Shown: one piece after another, positions 48,447 through 58,175 of the stretch
Layout: every line of letters starts with the position of its first letter
Numbering within the stretch: the first letter of the stretch is position 1
Made by a program: the position numbers and the translations under genes
Source: an uncultured Candidatus Saccharibacteria bacterium
GTDB taxonomy: Bacteria > Patescibacteriota > Minisyncoccia > Phycocordibacterales > CAIZLB01
Length of the DNA stretch: 64,000 nucleotides
Reading direction: 5' to 3'
NCBI GenBank assembly: GCA_964620475.1
Contig: CAZUJN010000001.1
Location: forward strand, 83,497 to 147,496
The notes under the pieces: model-generated
The model's input: the letters and a program-made list of their open reading frames with translations, nothing else
Databases searched by the model: none
What the model was told of the DNA's origin: nothing

Positions 48447-49628
48447 ATGATTGAGGATTTAAACAAACACCTAACAGATCAAGAATTCTTCACCTATGCG
48501 AAGTTTTTTGACATGGTTATAAACAAAAAGAACCTCGCTGATGAAGACCAAAGAGAAATTGGTGTATATCAGTTTTCTATTGGCGAAGATGAGTCATATA
48601 GACGATTTCGTAGACTTTTCAATTTCATCAAATACCAAGACTTGCCAGTCAAAATCTCTGAATCAAGATACAACAAACTGGAAGAAATGATTGGTTCGTA
48701 CGCAAAAGGAAAAGACGCGAAAGGTGCAGGAATGCCGACAAAAGAAGATCTAGATACTATTTGCGAAAAGATAAATAACGGTAAGCCTATAAAATTTTCA
48801 GAGACAGGAATGCTGTCATGGGCATGGTTTGAGGTGTATGACTCCACTCATTTTTTGCCACATCAATACGAGATTTCTAATGAAGTAAAATCGAATGTTA
48901 AAAAAGAATTTGATACATATCTAGAGAATCTCATAAACGGCAAGCTCTCTATCGCTAAGGATAACTACTACAAGTTCAACATCCTAAAAGAAGCGTTCAT
49001 CCAAATGATTGAGCGAAAGGGTGTTTTGAAATTATTTGGCAAAAACTTTGTCATCAAAGAAGAATTAAACAATGAAGGAAACCTAAAGAGTGACCCTAAC
49101 TTTTGCATTGTGCAAACGGTATATGCCTTACAACACCTAGGATACCTGACGGTGAACAATATCTGGAGAGATGACGAGTACAAAGAACAATACAGTAGTT
49201 CGAGCAATATCCGATATTTCATATCAATCAATGTGACAATTGAGGATAGTTTCATTTCTGAAATAAACGACAGATACAAGAAAGCGAATCCAAAAAACGT
49301 GATCGAAGGATTCGACAAACCGAAAGGAATCTTAAAATTCGCAGGTGAGGAAATAATCCTTTCACTCAAAGGTAAAGAAACGGATGCATCCCTCCTTATG
49401 AATACCTTGTACAAAAAAGAAGATACGGAATGGATCTATAACGACGAGATTTTTGAGGATTGGAAGTTTAACCAAGCTGACATCCTGAAAAGTCCTAAAA
49501 ACAAGATATATTTCGCTGCCAAAAAGATAAATGAAAAGGTAGCGATGAAGACCAAAATCGAGGATTTTATTGAATTTACCACTGAAAAAGCAAGGATAAA
49601 TCCTCGCTACAACAAAGTTGACGAATAA
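48447..49628 (+). CDS. Hypothetical protein, probable C-terminal winged helix
   Basis: 393 aa; C-terminus LLMNTLY...NDEIFEDW...IYFAAKKINEK...ARINP; TGgTAAAAT 6 nt before ATG. Confidence 0.65.
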   Translation: MIEDLNKHLTDQEFFTYAKFFDMVINKKNLADEDQREIGVYQFSIGEDESYRRFRRLFNFIKYQDLPVKISESRYNKLEEMIGSYAKGKDAKGAGMPTKEDLDTICEKINNGKPIKFSETGMLSWAWFEVYDSTHFLPHQYEISNEVKSNVKKEFDTYLENLINGKLSIAKDNYYKFNILKEAFIQMIERKGVLKLFGKNFVIKEELNNEGNLKSDPNFCIVQTVYALQHLGYLTVNNIWRDDEYKEQYSSSSNIRYFISINVTIEDSFISEINDRYKKANPKNVIEGFDKPKGILKFAGEEIILSLKGKETDASLLMNTLYKKEDTEWIYNDEIFEDWKFNQADILKSPKNKIYFAAKKINEKVAMKTKIEDFIEFTTEKARINPRYNKVDE

Positions 49629-49719
49629 TATATAAATCGCAATAAATTTTTATAAATAGCCATCATATATCCTGAAGTCATCCTTCGGGATTTATTAATT
49701 AGCTAAATATAAAAGTTAT

Positions 49720-51015
49720 ATGCAAAAGCAAAAACTCATATGGTCAGTTACAACCCGCAAAGTGAGTGATCTGACAAAAAACGGATACAATCCGAGAAAG
49801 ATAAGCGAGAGCGAAAAGAGAGACTTGGAAAAGTCTATTAAGGAATTCGGGACGGTCGTTCCTGTAATCCTTAATATTGGTTTGAGAGCCAATGTCATTA
49901 TCGGCGGTGAGCAAAGAGTAAAGATATATGCTGATCTCGGTATGGAAGAGATCGAGTGTATGGTACCCTCTCGGGAACTGACACCTAAAGAAGAAAAAGA
50001 GCTTAACCTCCGTTTGAACAAAAACACAGGGTCATGGGATGAAAACCTTCTCAAGGAATTCGATATGGACATGCTCCTTGGTGTAGGTTTTGGCGATGAA
50101 GAATTGCAAAGCCTGTTTGATGATGTAGATATGGTCGAGGATGACTTTGATATTGAAAAAGCTGTCAAAGAAACCATAACTGCTAAAGTGAAGACTGGAG
50201 AAATCTGGGAACTCGGAAAGCATAGGTTGCTTGTTGGGGATTCTACTGATGTCACATCCGTACAAAAACTTATGGATGGAAAACTTGCAGACATCGTGTA
50301 CTGCGATCCGCCATACAACATTGGACTCGACTATTCAAAAGGTGTCGGCAACAAAGAAAAATATCAAGGGTCATATTCCGCAAAGGATGATTCGAAAAAG
50401 GATACTGACTATCTCGATTTCATAGATAAAAGTATTGATGTGGCAAAGACCGTAGCCAAGAAGGATTCCCACTTCTTCTACTGGTGCGACTCTTCGTATA
50501 TTTGGATCACACAGAATCTATACCAAAAGCACGGTATAGATAGTAAACGTGTCTGCATGTGGATCAAGAATAATCAGAATCCCACTCACAAGATTGCGTT
50601 CAATAAAGTATATGAACCATGCGTATACGGAACTATCGGCAAGCCATATCTCAATTCAGCAATGAACAATGTTAATGAGATTCTCAATCAGGAAGTGACC
50701 ACCGGCAATCAGGTACATGATGAGATTCTAGACATGATAGATATTTGGATTGAGAAAAGAGACAACGCTCAAACATATCAACATCCAACTCAAAAGCCTG
50801 TAACGCTCAATGAAAAACCACTCAAAAGATGCAGTGCTCCGCTTCATATTGTGTATAGCGGATTTGCGGGTAGCGGTAGTGATTTGATTGCTTGCGAAGA
50901 ATTAAATCGTGTTTGGTATGGAGTCGAAAAGGATTTGATTTTCGCAACCATCGTTATAGACCGATGGGAAAAGTTTACTGGCCTTAAAGCAAAGAAAATA
51001 TATGAAAATAACTAA
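49720..51015 (+). CDS. ParB-N-domain DNA amino-methyltransferase (beta class)
   Basis: YNPRKI...IIGGEQR (ParB-N); DPPY; HPTQKP; GFAGSGS. Confidence 0.9.
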   Translation: MQKQKLIWSVTTRKVSDLTKNGYNPRKISESEKRDLEKSIKEFGTVVPVILNIGLRANVIIGGEQRVKIYADLGMEEIECMVPSRELTPKEEKELNLRLNKNTGSWDENLLKEFDMDMLLGVGFGDEELQSLFDDVDMVEDDFDIEKAVKETITAKVKTGEIWELGKHRLLVGDSTDVTSVQKLMDGKLADIVYCDPPYNIGLDYSKGVGNKEKYQGSYSAKDDSKKDTDYLDFIDKSIDVAKTVAKKDSHFFYWCDSSYIWITQNLYQKHGIDSKRVCMWIKNNQNPTHKIAFNKVYEPCVYGTIGKPYLNSAMNNVNEILNQEVTTGNQVHDEILDMIDIWIEKRDNAQTYQHPTQKPVTLNEKPLKRCSAPLHIVYSGFAGSGSDLIACEELNRVWYGVEKDLIFATIVIDRWEKFTGLKAKKIYENN

Positions 51016-51751
51016 AGGAGATATTTTCAAGATCGGCAATCATATTATCGGTTGTGGTGATTCTACCGACAGAGAATTTGTAGCTAAAGTAATCGGGAAG
51101 AACAAGATACGAGCCATCATTTCTGACCCACCTTATGGAGTTGCATATGTTGAAAACAAGAAAGGCTTTGCGAAACTTGGTGTTAAGGACGAGAAAATAA
51201 TTGTCGGCGATCATTTGCAGAGCGAATCTGAATATGAAGATTTCACCAGAAAGTATCTTGGTGCCGTTATTCCATATCTCGATGACTACAATGCATGCTA
51301 CATATTTAACGCCGATCCGATGTTTCCATCTCTCCGTAAAGGCATGAAAGATGCGGGTTTCTATTACAGCCAGATGATTATTTGGATTAAGAATCAACCT
51401 GTCATGAGTAGAAAAGACTACCTTTCGCAATATGAACTAATTGCATATGGATGGTTTGGCAAGCACAAAATGGAAAGATCTAAATCAAAGAATGTTATTT
51501 ATCACCCACGACCAAACAGATCAAGACTTCACCCTACACAAAAGCCGATAGGGCTACTTAGAAAGATAATTCCAGACGCAACATGCGTCGGTGACTTTAT
51601 CTATGATCCGTTTCTCGGAAGTGGATCAACTGCTATTGCATCGGAACATTTAGGTCGAAAATGTATCGGTATAGAAATAGATGAAGTGTATGTTTCCGTC
51701 GTTCTACAAAGACTTGAAAAGCTAACTGGTCAAAAACCAATAAAGATATAA
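51002..51751 (+). CDS. DNA amino-methyltransferase (beta class)
   Basis: SDPPY, HPTQKP, DPFLGSGST. Confidence 0.9.
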   Translation: MKITKGDIFKIGNHIIGCGDSTDREFVAKVIGKNKIRAIISDPPYGVAYVENKKGFAKLGVKDEKIIVGDHLQSESEYEDFTRKYLGAVIPYLDDYNACYIFNADPMFPSLRKGMKDAGFYYSQMIIWIKNQPVMSRKDYLSQYELIAYGWFGKHKMERSKSKNVIYHPRPNRSRLHPTQKPIGLLRKIIPDATCVGDFIYDPFLGSGSTAIASEHLGRKCIGIEIDEVYVSVVLQRLEKLTGQKPIKI

Positions 51752-51755
51752 CAGT

Positions 51756-52130
51756 ATGAACGAGGAAGACTTCATAAAAGATCCATACAAAAAGCAAACA
51801 TACGATACGTATGCTCTTTGGAAGTCTCTGCCCTCATTTCTCAAGGGACAGCCGAGAGTTGCTCTCGAAAAGTTTGGTATTAATGAAGAAATTGTATTTG
51901 AGTTGCTATCCATAAAAAATCAAACTGAGTTCTCAAAAATATACAAAACAGATGTCGGCACATTGACCGACTGGAACAAGAGACTTGAGAAAGATGGATT
52001 GACTAAAGACATCAACAGCTGGGCAAGAAAGCTTACTCCTAACGTCATATTTGCCCTGTATAAAAATATCACAAAGCATGGTCGAGCTCATGAGGTGAGA
52101 GCATGGTATGAATTAATTGAAAACAACTAA
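51756..52130 (+). CDS. HTH protein, small-terminase-like
   Basis: QTEFSKIYKTDVGTLTDW HTH; position after phage-type MTases. Confidence 0.55.
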   Translation: MNEEDFIKDPYKKQTYDTYALWKSLPSFLKGQPRVALEKFGINEEIVFELLSIKNQTEFSKIYKTDVGTLTDWNKRLEKDGLTKDINSWARKLTPNVIFALYKNITKHGRAHEVRAWYELIENN

Positions 52131-52131
52131 T

Positions 52132-52326
52132 ATGAAAAACATTGATCTAAAAGAAATAAATATCATTCTCTCTGACACATTGCAAAAAGTTGTGAATAGA
52201 GAGATCTCACATAAACAAGCGAACATGGTCGCTAAGCTTGCCTCTACACTTTCTAAAAACATTGTGAATACCGAACTCAAAGAGCGAGTTGAATTTTTGG
52301 AGCAAGCACTTAAAGGAAAGAAATAA
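52132..52326 (+). CDS. Small hypothetical protein
   Basis: Operonic spacing; C-terminal ELKERVEFLEQAL coil. Confidence 0.6.
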   Translation: MKNIDLKEINIILSDTLQKVVNREISHKQANMVAKLASTLSKNIVNTELKERVEFLEQALKGKK

Positions 52327-52328
52327 TT

Positions 52329-53813
52329 ATGAAAAATCTAGCAAACCTATTAAGAAAAGCAGACATCACTCCAAGAGAAAGAATGATAACCTTGGTGCAA
52401 AATAGTGTTTATAAAGAAAAGGACGGCAAGAGTATTCTTTCCGAATCGGAGATATATTCTTTGACGGAGGGGTGGAAGCCGAAAACTTCTCAGGAAGTAA
52501 GGGAGTATAACAAGTACTTGGAACTGTCTAAACTAGAAGCTTCGATGAGATTAGATGCTCAAATGTTTGCGTGTAGATCCGAGAATCTGCTACTACGAAG
52601 TCATATACTGATTGAGGGAATAAAAAGTGATATAGGAAAAACTCATGATGCAATTTTAGATAAATATGTATCAAAAGAAGATGCCCTGAACTTTGTCATA
52701 CAAAATACTTATCTCGACTATTCAACGCTTGTTCACATACTCACTTTCAACAACCTACCGAAAGATATTCAGGATGATTTGATTATGTTAGATGAGTATG
52801 TAGCACATGATAAAAAGTATTTGGAAGATGAGGTCTTTCTTTATGAATTGTTCAAAGATTCAAGTACTCTAAATACAAAAGATAAAAATATCTTGATAGA
52901 CCGTATCTATTCGTGTATGTATCACGATGGTTTTAGAAAGATTAAAAATGGAACAGAAAAAGATGGTTTCTTGCCACTCCATTTCTTTGCTGAGTTACCA
53001 ATGGATGCTGTGCTGAAAAAATGGGCAGAATACAGCCAGACAGATATCGAGGGGAAAGATAATGGTTATATACTAGATAAATTTGAGGAGTACGCAAAAA
53101 GTAGAGGTAAAACCATGGAGATATTTGTAAAGGAAACACTATCGAAGTGGATAGATGAAGGTTTGTTTGTGTCGGAATATACCCCAGTATTTTTTAGTAA
53201 TAAACACAATACATGGAATGGTGATACTAAATTTATACACAAAGAGATTTTTACCAAATGGCACGAAGAATTACAGAAGACCAAAACATCGATAGACAAA
53301 ATGGGTGCTAATGGAGATTTGGTTGTGGAGCAATTTGATAAGGAAATTTTTGGAACCACAGAGAAGGTTCAGATAGTTACTGGGGAAAGTTTGTATAGAT
53401 GCAAATCTGATATTGACTTTGTGAATGAATACAAGGAGCAGGTGACTGTACTCCTACCTATCGCAGGGACGTGTTTGTTTATGAAGAAATATAATAAGCC
53501 GTTAGATAATCTTGAAACACTAAAATGTTTTTACGAATTATCTAAAACATTTTCGGATGTATTTGAAATTGATATGTCAGATAAATATGATGATTTTGTG
53601 AGTTCGTTTGAACAGGAGATCAAACTCATCAATCATTCAATATCCATTGCATTAGATAATGTGAGTGGTTTTATATATACAAAAATGAACAAAAAATACC
53701 CAATAGAGATCATCGAGAATAATTTTACTTTTGATATTGATACAGAATCAGAAAATAAAGCCGATGGTATTATTGAAAGTTATAAAGGAGCATTTCAGAA
53801 AATTGGGTTTTAA
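52329..53813 (+). CDS. Hypothetical protein
   Basis: 494-aa ORF coupled to upstream genes; no motif recognised. Confidence 0.75.
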   Translation: MKNLANLLRKADITPRERMITLVQNSVYKEKDGKSILSESEIYSLTEGWKPKTSQEVREYNKYLELSKLEASMRLDAQMFACRSENLLLRSHILIEGIKSDIGKTHDAILDKYVSKEDALNFVIQNTYLDYSTLVHILTFNNLPKDIQDDLIMLDEYVAHDKKYLEDEVFLYELFKDSSTLNTKDKNILIDRIYSCMYHDGFRKIKNGTEKDGFLPLHFFAELPMDAVLKKWAEYSQTDIEGKDNGYILDKFEEYAKSRGKTMEIFVKETLSKWIDEGLFVSEYTPVFFSNKHNTWNGDTKFIHKEIFTKWHEELQKTKTSIDKMGANGDLVVEQFDKEIFGTTEKVQIVTGESLYRCKSDIDFVNEYKEQVTVLLPIAGTCLFMKKYNKPLDNLETLKCFYELSKTFSDVFEIDMSDKYDDFVSSFEQEIKLINHSISIALDNVSGFIYTKMNKKYPIEIIENNFTFDIDTESENKADGIIESYKGAFQKIGF

Positions 53814-53815
53814 GA

Positions 53816-54568
53816 TTATTTACCCTTCCAGTGCACCGCTCGATTTTCGATAAACATCATTATTTTGTTGAGAGCAAAACCAATCACACCAGTCATGAGG
53901 ATGGCGGCATACATATCTGCTGTTTGATAGACTAATTGTGCATCAATAATGCGTTTTCCAAGCCCAGCATTGGTCCCAATAAACATTTCAGTCACGATGA
54001 CAATTATAAGTGAGAGTGAAATTGCCACACGAAAACCTGAAAAGATTTGTGGTAATGCTTCTGGAAAAATCACTTTGCGAAAAAGTTCGAATCCTTTTAC
54101 TTTCATTGTTTTAGCGACACGCACTCGTAATTCCTTGCCGAGATGTACCCCATACATGGAGTTTATGAGAATGACCAATCCTGCACCCCAAGCAGTGACA
54201 GCAAATTTAGCCTCATCGCCGATTCCAAAGACAAGGAGAAACAGTGGGAAAAGCGCAGTCGTTGGAATACCTCGAAAAAACTCGACAGTAAATTCAAGAG
54301 CGTTATAGACTTTGCTTGAGTAACCCATCAGAAGACCAAGTGGGACTCCGATAATAGTTGCAAAAATAAAACCAACAAGAACACGATACAGGGTGTGTCC
54401 GATGTCGCTTAACATTGATCCATTCAGTAGTGAATCAATGAGGTGATTGGAAACATCATATGGAGATGCCAAGAATAAAGGACTGACAAGTTTGAAATAT
54501 GAAATGATCCACCAGAGGCAGAGTAAAATTGTCGGTATGAGTATGTAATATAATTTCTTATTTTTCAT
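53816..54568 (-). CDS. ABC transporter permease (NitT/TauT, SsuC-like)
   Basis: TLYRVLVGF, PEALPQIFSGFR, VTEM, GLG; start moved to 54568. Confidence 0.9.
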   Translation of the reverse strand: MKNKKLYYILIPTILLCLWWIISYFKLVSPLFLASPYDVSNHLIDSLLNGSMLSDIGHTLYRVLVGFIFATIIGVPLGLLMGYSSKVYNALEFTVEFFRGIPTTALFPLFLLVFGIGDEAKFAVTAWGAGLVILINSMYGVHLGKELRVRVAKTMKVKGFELFRKVIFPEALPQIFSGFRVAISLSLIIVIVTEMFIGTNAGLGKRIIDAQLVYQTADMYAAILMTGVIGFALNKIMMFIENRAVHWKGK

Positions 54569-55310
54569 ATTCGAAGGTATTAAGAATTGCGTTTCGAAGT
54601 TCAGTAAATTCAGGACTTGAAAGCATATCAAGTGTTCGAGGACGAGGGAGTTTTACTTCAAAAATCTTTTTAATTTTTGCTGGTCGTGGAGACAGAACAA
54701 TCACTCTATCAGCGAGAAATATAGCTTCGTCAATATCATGACTTACAAACAAAGTTGTTATTTTTTTCTCTTGCCAGATATCAAGAAGCTCCAACTCCAT
54801 TTTTCTAGTAGTTGAATAATCAAGAGCAGAAAATGGCTCATCCATGATCAGAATGTCAGGATCATAAGCAATTGAACGACATATAGAAACAAGTTGACGT
54901 TGTCCCCCAGAGAGTTCATAGACAAATTTATCCTTTGAATTAAGCAAACCCACTTTATTTAAAAGATGCTCGGCAATTTTGTATTGTTTTTCTTTATCTA
55001 CTTTTGCTATTTCAAGCGGAAATATAATATTTTCTAAAACGGTTCTCCAAGGAAAAAGACTTTCGTTGTAATTCTGAAAAACAAAACCTACTTGTGCATC
55101 CTTTGGGTTTTTACCGCTAACCATGACTTCACCTGATTCAGGAGTTTCAATACCAGCGACGATATTAAGTAGCGTTGTTTTACCTGATCCATTCGGACCA
55201 AAAACAGTTACAAATTCTCCTTTATTAACTTCAAGATTAATACCATCAATAACCCTGGTGTCGCCAGAATCTTTTTTAAAGGTTTTAGTTATTCCAACAA
55301 GTGAAATCAT
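54558..55310 (-). CDS. ABC transporter ATPase (NitT/TauT)
   Basis: GPNGSGKT, LFPWRTV, LSGGQRQ, MDEPFSALD, SHDIDEA. Confidence 0.93.
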   Translation of the reverse strand: MISLVGITKTFKKDSGDTRVIDGINLEVNKGEFVTVFGPNGSGKTTLLNIVAGIETPESGEVMVSGKNPKDAQVGFVFQNYNESLFPWRTVLENIIFPLEIAKVDKEKQYKIAEHLLNKVGLLNSKDKFVYELSGGQRQLVSICRSIAYDPDILIMDEPFSALDYSTTRKMELELLDIWQEKKITTLFVSHDIDEAIFLADRVIVLSPRPAKIKKIFEVKLPRPRTLDMLSSPEFTELRNAILNTFEYEK

Positions 55311-55316
55311 TACCGT

Positions 55317-56273
55317 TTATTTGTAATATGCGTTAGTTAAATCTGGTTTTGATTTGAACTCTCCAGAAGCCACTAAAATATCAAGCAACTTATTGGTTAA
55401 AGTTTTATCAATCTGTTGTGAATTTCTAAAATATGTCATTCCGAGAACGTCGACAACTTTCTGGTCTAGCTTAAAGATTGTTTTTGTCATACCCCTAACA
55501 TCTTTGTCGTTGGTACGTAGATAATCAAAGGCCTTATCAAAAGCATTAACTACTTTTTTTGCTTCACGTGGATACTTATTTACAAACTGAGTGCTTACAA
55601 GTGCTACCCCCAATGGGCTGTGATCTAACTGTTCAGAATAAACAGAACCATAGACCTTCCTTATTCCACCGCTTGTAAGTGCGATAGATATTGTTGGTTC
55701 ATATGTGAATAAAGCATCAATCGATCCTGCGGTAAGTGCTGTGAGATGTTGTGGTGGTGGTAATTGCACAAACTGAATAGTAGAAGAATCAATGCCTTTA
55801 TCTTTTAGAAAAAGTTTAAACATATTTGAAGCACTTGTACCTGGGAATACTCCGATTTTTTTACCTTTCAAATCCTCAAGGGTCCTAATAGGAGAGCTTT
55901 CCTTTACCAAAAGAGAATCAAATGGAACGTCACTTGTAATGTCAGTTAAAGCGATAATTTTCATTTTTCCAGGATCAACCATTTCTGCGTTTAAATATGG
56001 AAGTATAGAAATTTCGGGAGTAACATCTATATCACCTCGTGCAAGTGCATCAACAATTTGATTTGAGGTTTGAAGTAGTGTGGTTTGAACAGTAATGCCC
56101 TGATCCTCAAAAAACTTTTTTTGCTGAGCAATCTCTAAAGGAAGTTGGCTTGCTGTAATCGGTAAATACCCGATTTTTACAACATAATCAGACGGTTTAT
56201 TAGATCTTAAAAAAAATACGCTGAGTATAACTAAAATTATAAGTGTTCCGATGATTAAAAATGGTTTTTTCAT
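55317..56273 (-). CDS. ABC substrate-binding protein (SsuA/NMT1-THI5 type)
   Basis: N-terminal anchor, KIGYLP, DLKGKKIGV, GSIDALFTYEP; start moved to 56273. Confidence 0.88.
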   Translation of the reverse strand: MKKPFLIIGTLIILVILSVFFLRSNKPSDYVVKIGYLPITASQLPLEIAQQKKFFEDQGITVQTTLLQTSNQIVDALARGDIDVTPEISILPYLNAEMVDPGKMKIIALTDITSDVPFDSLLVKESSPIRTLEDLKGKKIGVFPGTSASNMFKLFLKDKGIDSSTIQFVQLPPPQHLTALTAGSIDALFTYEPTISIALTSGGIRKVYGSVYSEQLDHSPLGVALVSTQFVNKYPREAKKVVNAFDKAFDYLRTNDKDVRGMTKTIFKLDQKVVDVLGMTYFRNSQQIDKTLTNKLLDILVASGEFKSKPDLTNAYYK

Positions 56274-56422
56274 AGTAATAAAAATTAAGTTATTAATAAA
56301 ATTTCCTGTTTTAAAAGATGGTCTCATTGTACCATAAAAAATGACTTTTCCATAATTAAAATACGCCCAAAATAAATTTAAGCGTCATAACCCCTATTCA
56401 AATTACTAACTATTAAAAATAG

Positions 56423-57121
56423 TTACAAAACATTGTTCTCCTTACCCAAAACCACCCGATTAAGATACATGAAAGGAATGTTTATTAGTCCGACTAACCA
56501 TTTGACAGCAGTTTGTCCAATTATAAGGGGCATTATTGGTAAGGCTCCCAAGAAAGCTATTGGAATAAATATTAGACTATCCAGAAGTAGTGCTGGTATC
56601 GAACTGAAGACATTTCTTGCCCATAAATGTTTGCCTTTAGTAAATTTTTTGAACCAAGCATACACATATGCATCAAAATTCTCAGTTATAAGGAAGGCAA
56701 TCCAGCTAGCAATGGTAATCCTTGGTACTAGATTGAAAATTTGTTCCCATGATCCCTGCATTGTCCAAAATGGTGCCGCAGGCAATTTTACACCAAGCCA
56801 AAAGAAAAACACCATTGCGATTTGAGATACAAAAGCAATGAGAATCATTTTTGATACTTCCTTTCTACCAAATTTTTCATTTACAATATCTGTAAAAAGA
56901 TACGTGATAGAGAAAACAAGTACTCCACTCGGACCAAAGAATGTGCTGAATCCCAGATCGAAAGCAGAGATCTTGGCGGCTAAGACTTGGGCTACAAGAA
57001 CAAACGTGACGTATAATCCAATAAGTAAATCCGATCGGTTATATTTTCGAGCATACAAACTCCCGAGAAGTGTAAAACTAGTGATACCTACAATCCAGAT
57101 AATTAATAAGTATAAGCTCAT
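56423..57121 (-). CDS. yhhQ: Queuosine precursor transporter (YhhQ/Vut_1 family)
   Basis: AAKI, FSITYLFTDIVNEKFG, PRITIASWIAF, LWARNVFSS, DSLIF. Confidence 0.87.
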   Translation of the reverse strand: MSLYLLIIWIVGITSFTLLGSLYARKYNRSDLLIGLYVTFVLVAQVLAAKISAFDLGFSTFFGPSGVLVFSITYLFTDIVNEKFGRKEVSKMILIAFVSQIAMVFFFWLGVKLPAAPFWTMQGSWEQIFNLVPRITIASWIAFLITENFDAYVYAWFKKFTKGKHLWARNVFSSIPALLLDSLIFIPIAFLGALPIMPLIIGQTAVKWLVGLINIPFMYLNRVVLGKENNVL

Positions 57122-57128
57122 ATATTAT

Positions 57129-57848
57129 TTATAATAACTTAATTCTATAATTTATCCAAATAAAACCCCGCTCGTTTCTCTCTTGTTTTGTTTCTATCTT
57201 GTATCCGTACTCGGTCATCATTTTTTCTAGAACTTCAAAATCATATCGGGGTTGAGAAGTTCCTGCACTCTGTAAATTTGCATGGGGTAAGGTAATAATA
57301 CCGTCATTATGTAAAAAATCTTTTGCATCATTAAGAAATCTTTTATGTACAGTGAAATTGTTATCATAGAGCGCCCGATCAATTAAGTCGTTTCCACCAT
57401 CAAAATTGACAAAGGGTAAATTTGCGATAATCAGATGGTATTTTTTATCAGATGGAAATTTTGAAAAAAGATCAGAATAGAAGGTTGATATTTTATTTTG
57501 TAAACCGTTTAATGAAACATTGTGTTCAGTGCATTTAATTGCTTCCATGTTAATGTCGGCAGAGTCAACGTGCTTTGCGCCTGCAAGAGAAGCAACTATT
57601 GACTGTACACCTGTACCACAACCTATATCTGCAACTTCTAAATCACTTAAATTTCCAAATGCTTCAAAAACAGATTTTGAACTGGGGGTATAATCGGGTG
57701 GAAAGACGCTGGGAAAAACATCGATAGGAACAATCTTGTCTCCAATATTCAAGCTTATTCTGTAAATTCCATCCTTACTTTTATTTTTCAAAAAAGAAAG
57801 AAATTCTTGAGTATGTTTTGGATTGATTTTTTCTATGTGTGTAATCAT
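57129..57848 (-). CDS. HemK/PrmC-like SAM-dependent N-methyltransferase
   Basis: VFPP, DIGCGTG, DIN, SDLF, ANLPF (NPPY-type motif). Confidence 0.85.
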   Translation of the reverse strand: MITHIEKINPKHTQEFLSFLKNKSKDGIYRISLNIGDKIVPIDVFPSVFPPDYTPSSKSVFEAFGNLSDLEVADIGCGTGVQSIVASLAGAKHVDSADINMEAIKCTEHNVSLNGLQNKISTFYSDLFSKFPSDKKYHLIIANLPFVNFDGGNDLIDRALYDNNFTVHKRFLNDAKDFLHNDGIITLPHANLQSAGTSQPRYDFEVLEKMMTEYGYKIETKQERNERGFIWINYRIKLL

Positions 57849-57853
57849 ATTTT

Positions 57854-58174
57854 TTAATCCTCAATCCAAACCTGTGCTGGACGATGTGCATCAGAATGTT
57901 TTATGTCAATAAATATTTTTAGATATTTAGGTTTAATAGATTCTTTTACTTGCAGATAAATTTGATGGGCCAACTCTTCAGCAGTAATTTTATTTTTAGC
58001 AATTTCATTTACAGCTCGCTCAGCATCGACATATTCAAGAACTTTCTTCTTGGGATAGTACTCAACGATAACATCACCAGAAAACTCTTTATCCGTAACC
58101 GAACAAATTGCCTTAAACGGTAAAAATATCTTTGTGCCACTGATCTTGAAATTTAATGAGATTGTTTTAATCAT
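57854..58174 (-). CDS. QueF-like T-fold protein, non-canonical
   Basis: Gapless by-eye match to QueF core: F-x3-C-x2-T, Y-x-P-x5-E, second Glu, P-x-Y; NADPH motif absent. Confidence 0.7.
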   Translation of the reverse strand: MIKTISLNFKISGTKIFLPFKAICSVTDKEFSGDVIVEYYPKKKVLEYVDAERAVNEIAKNKITAEELAHQIYLQVKESIKPKYLKIFIDIKHSDAHRPAQVWIED

Positions 58175-58175
58175 T

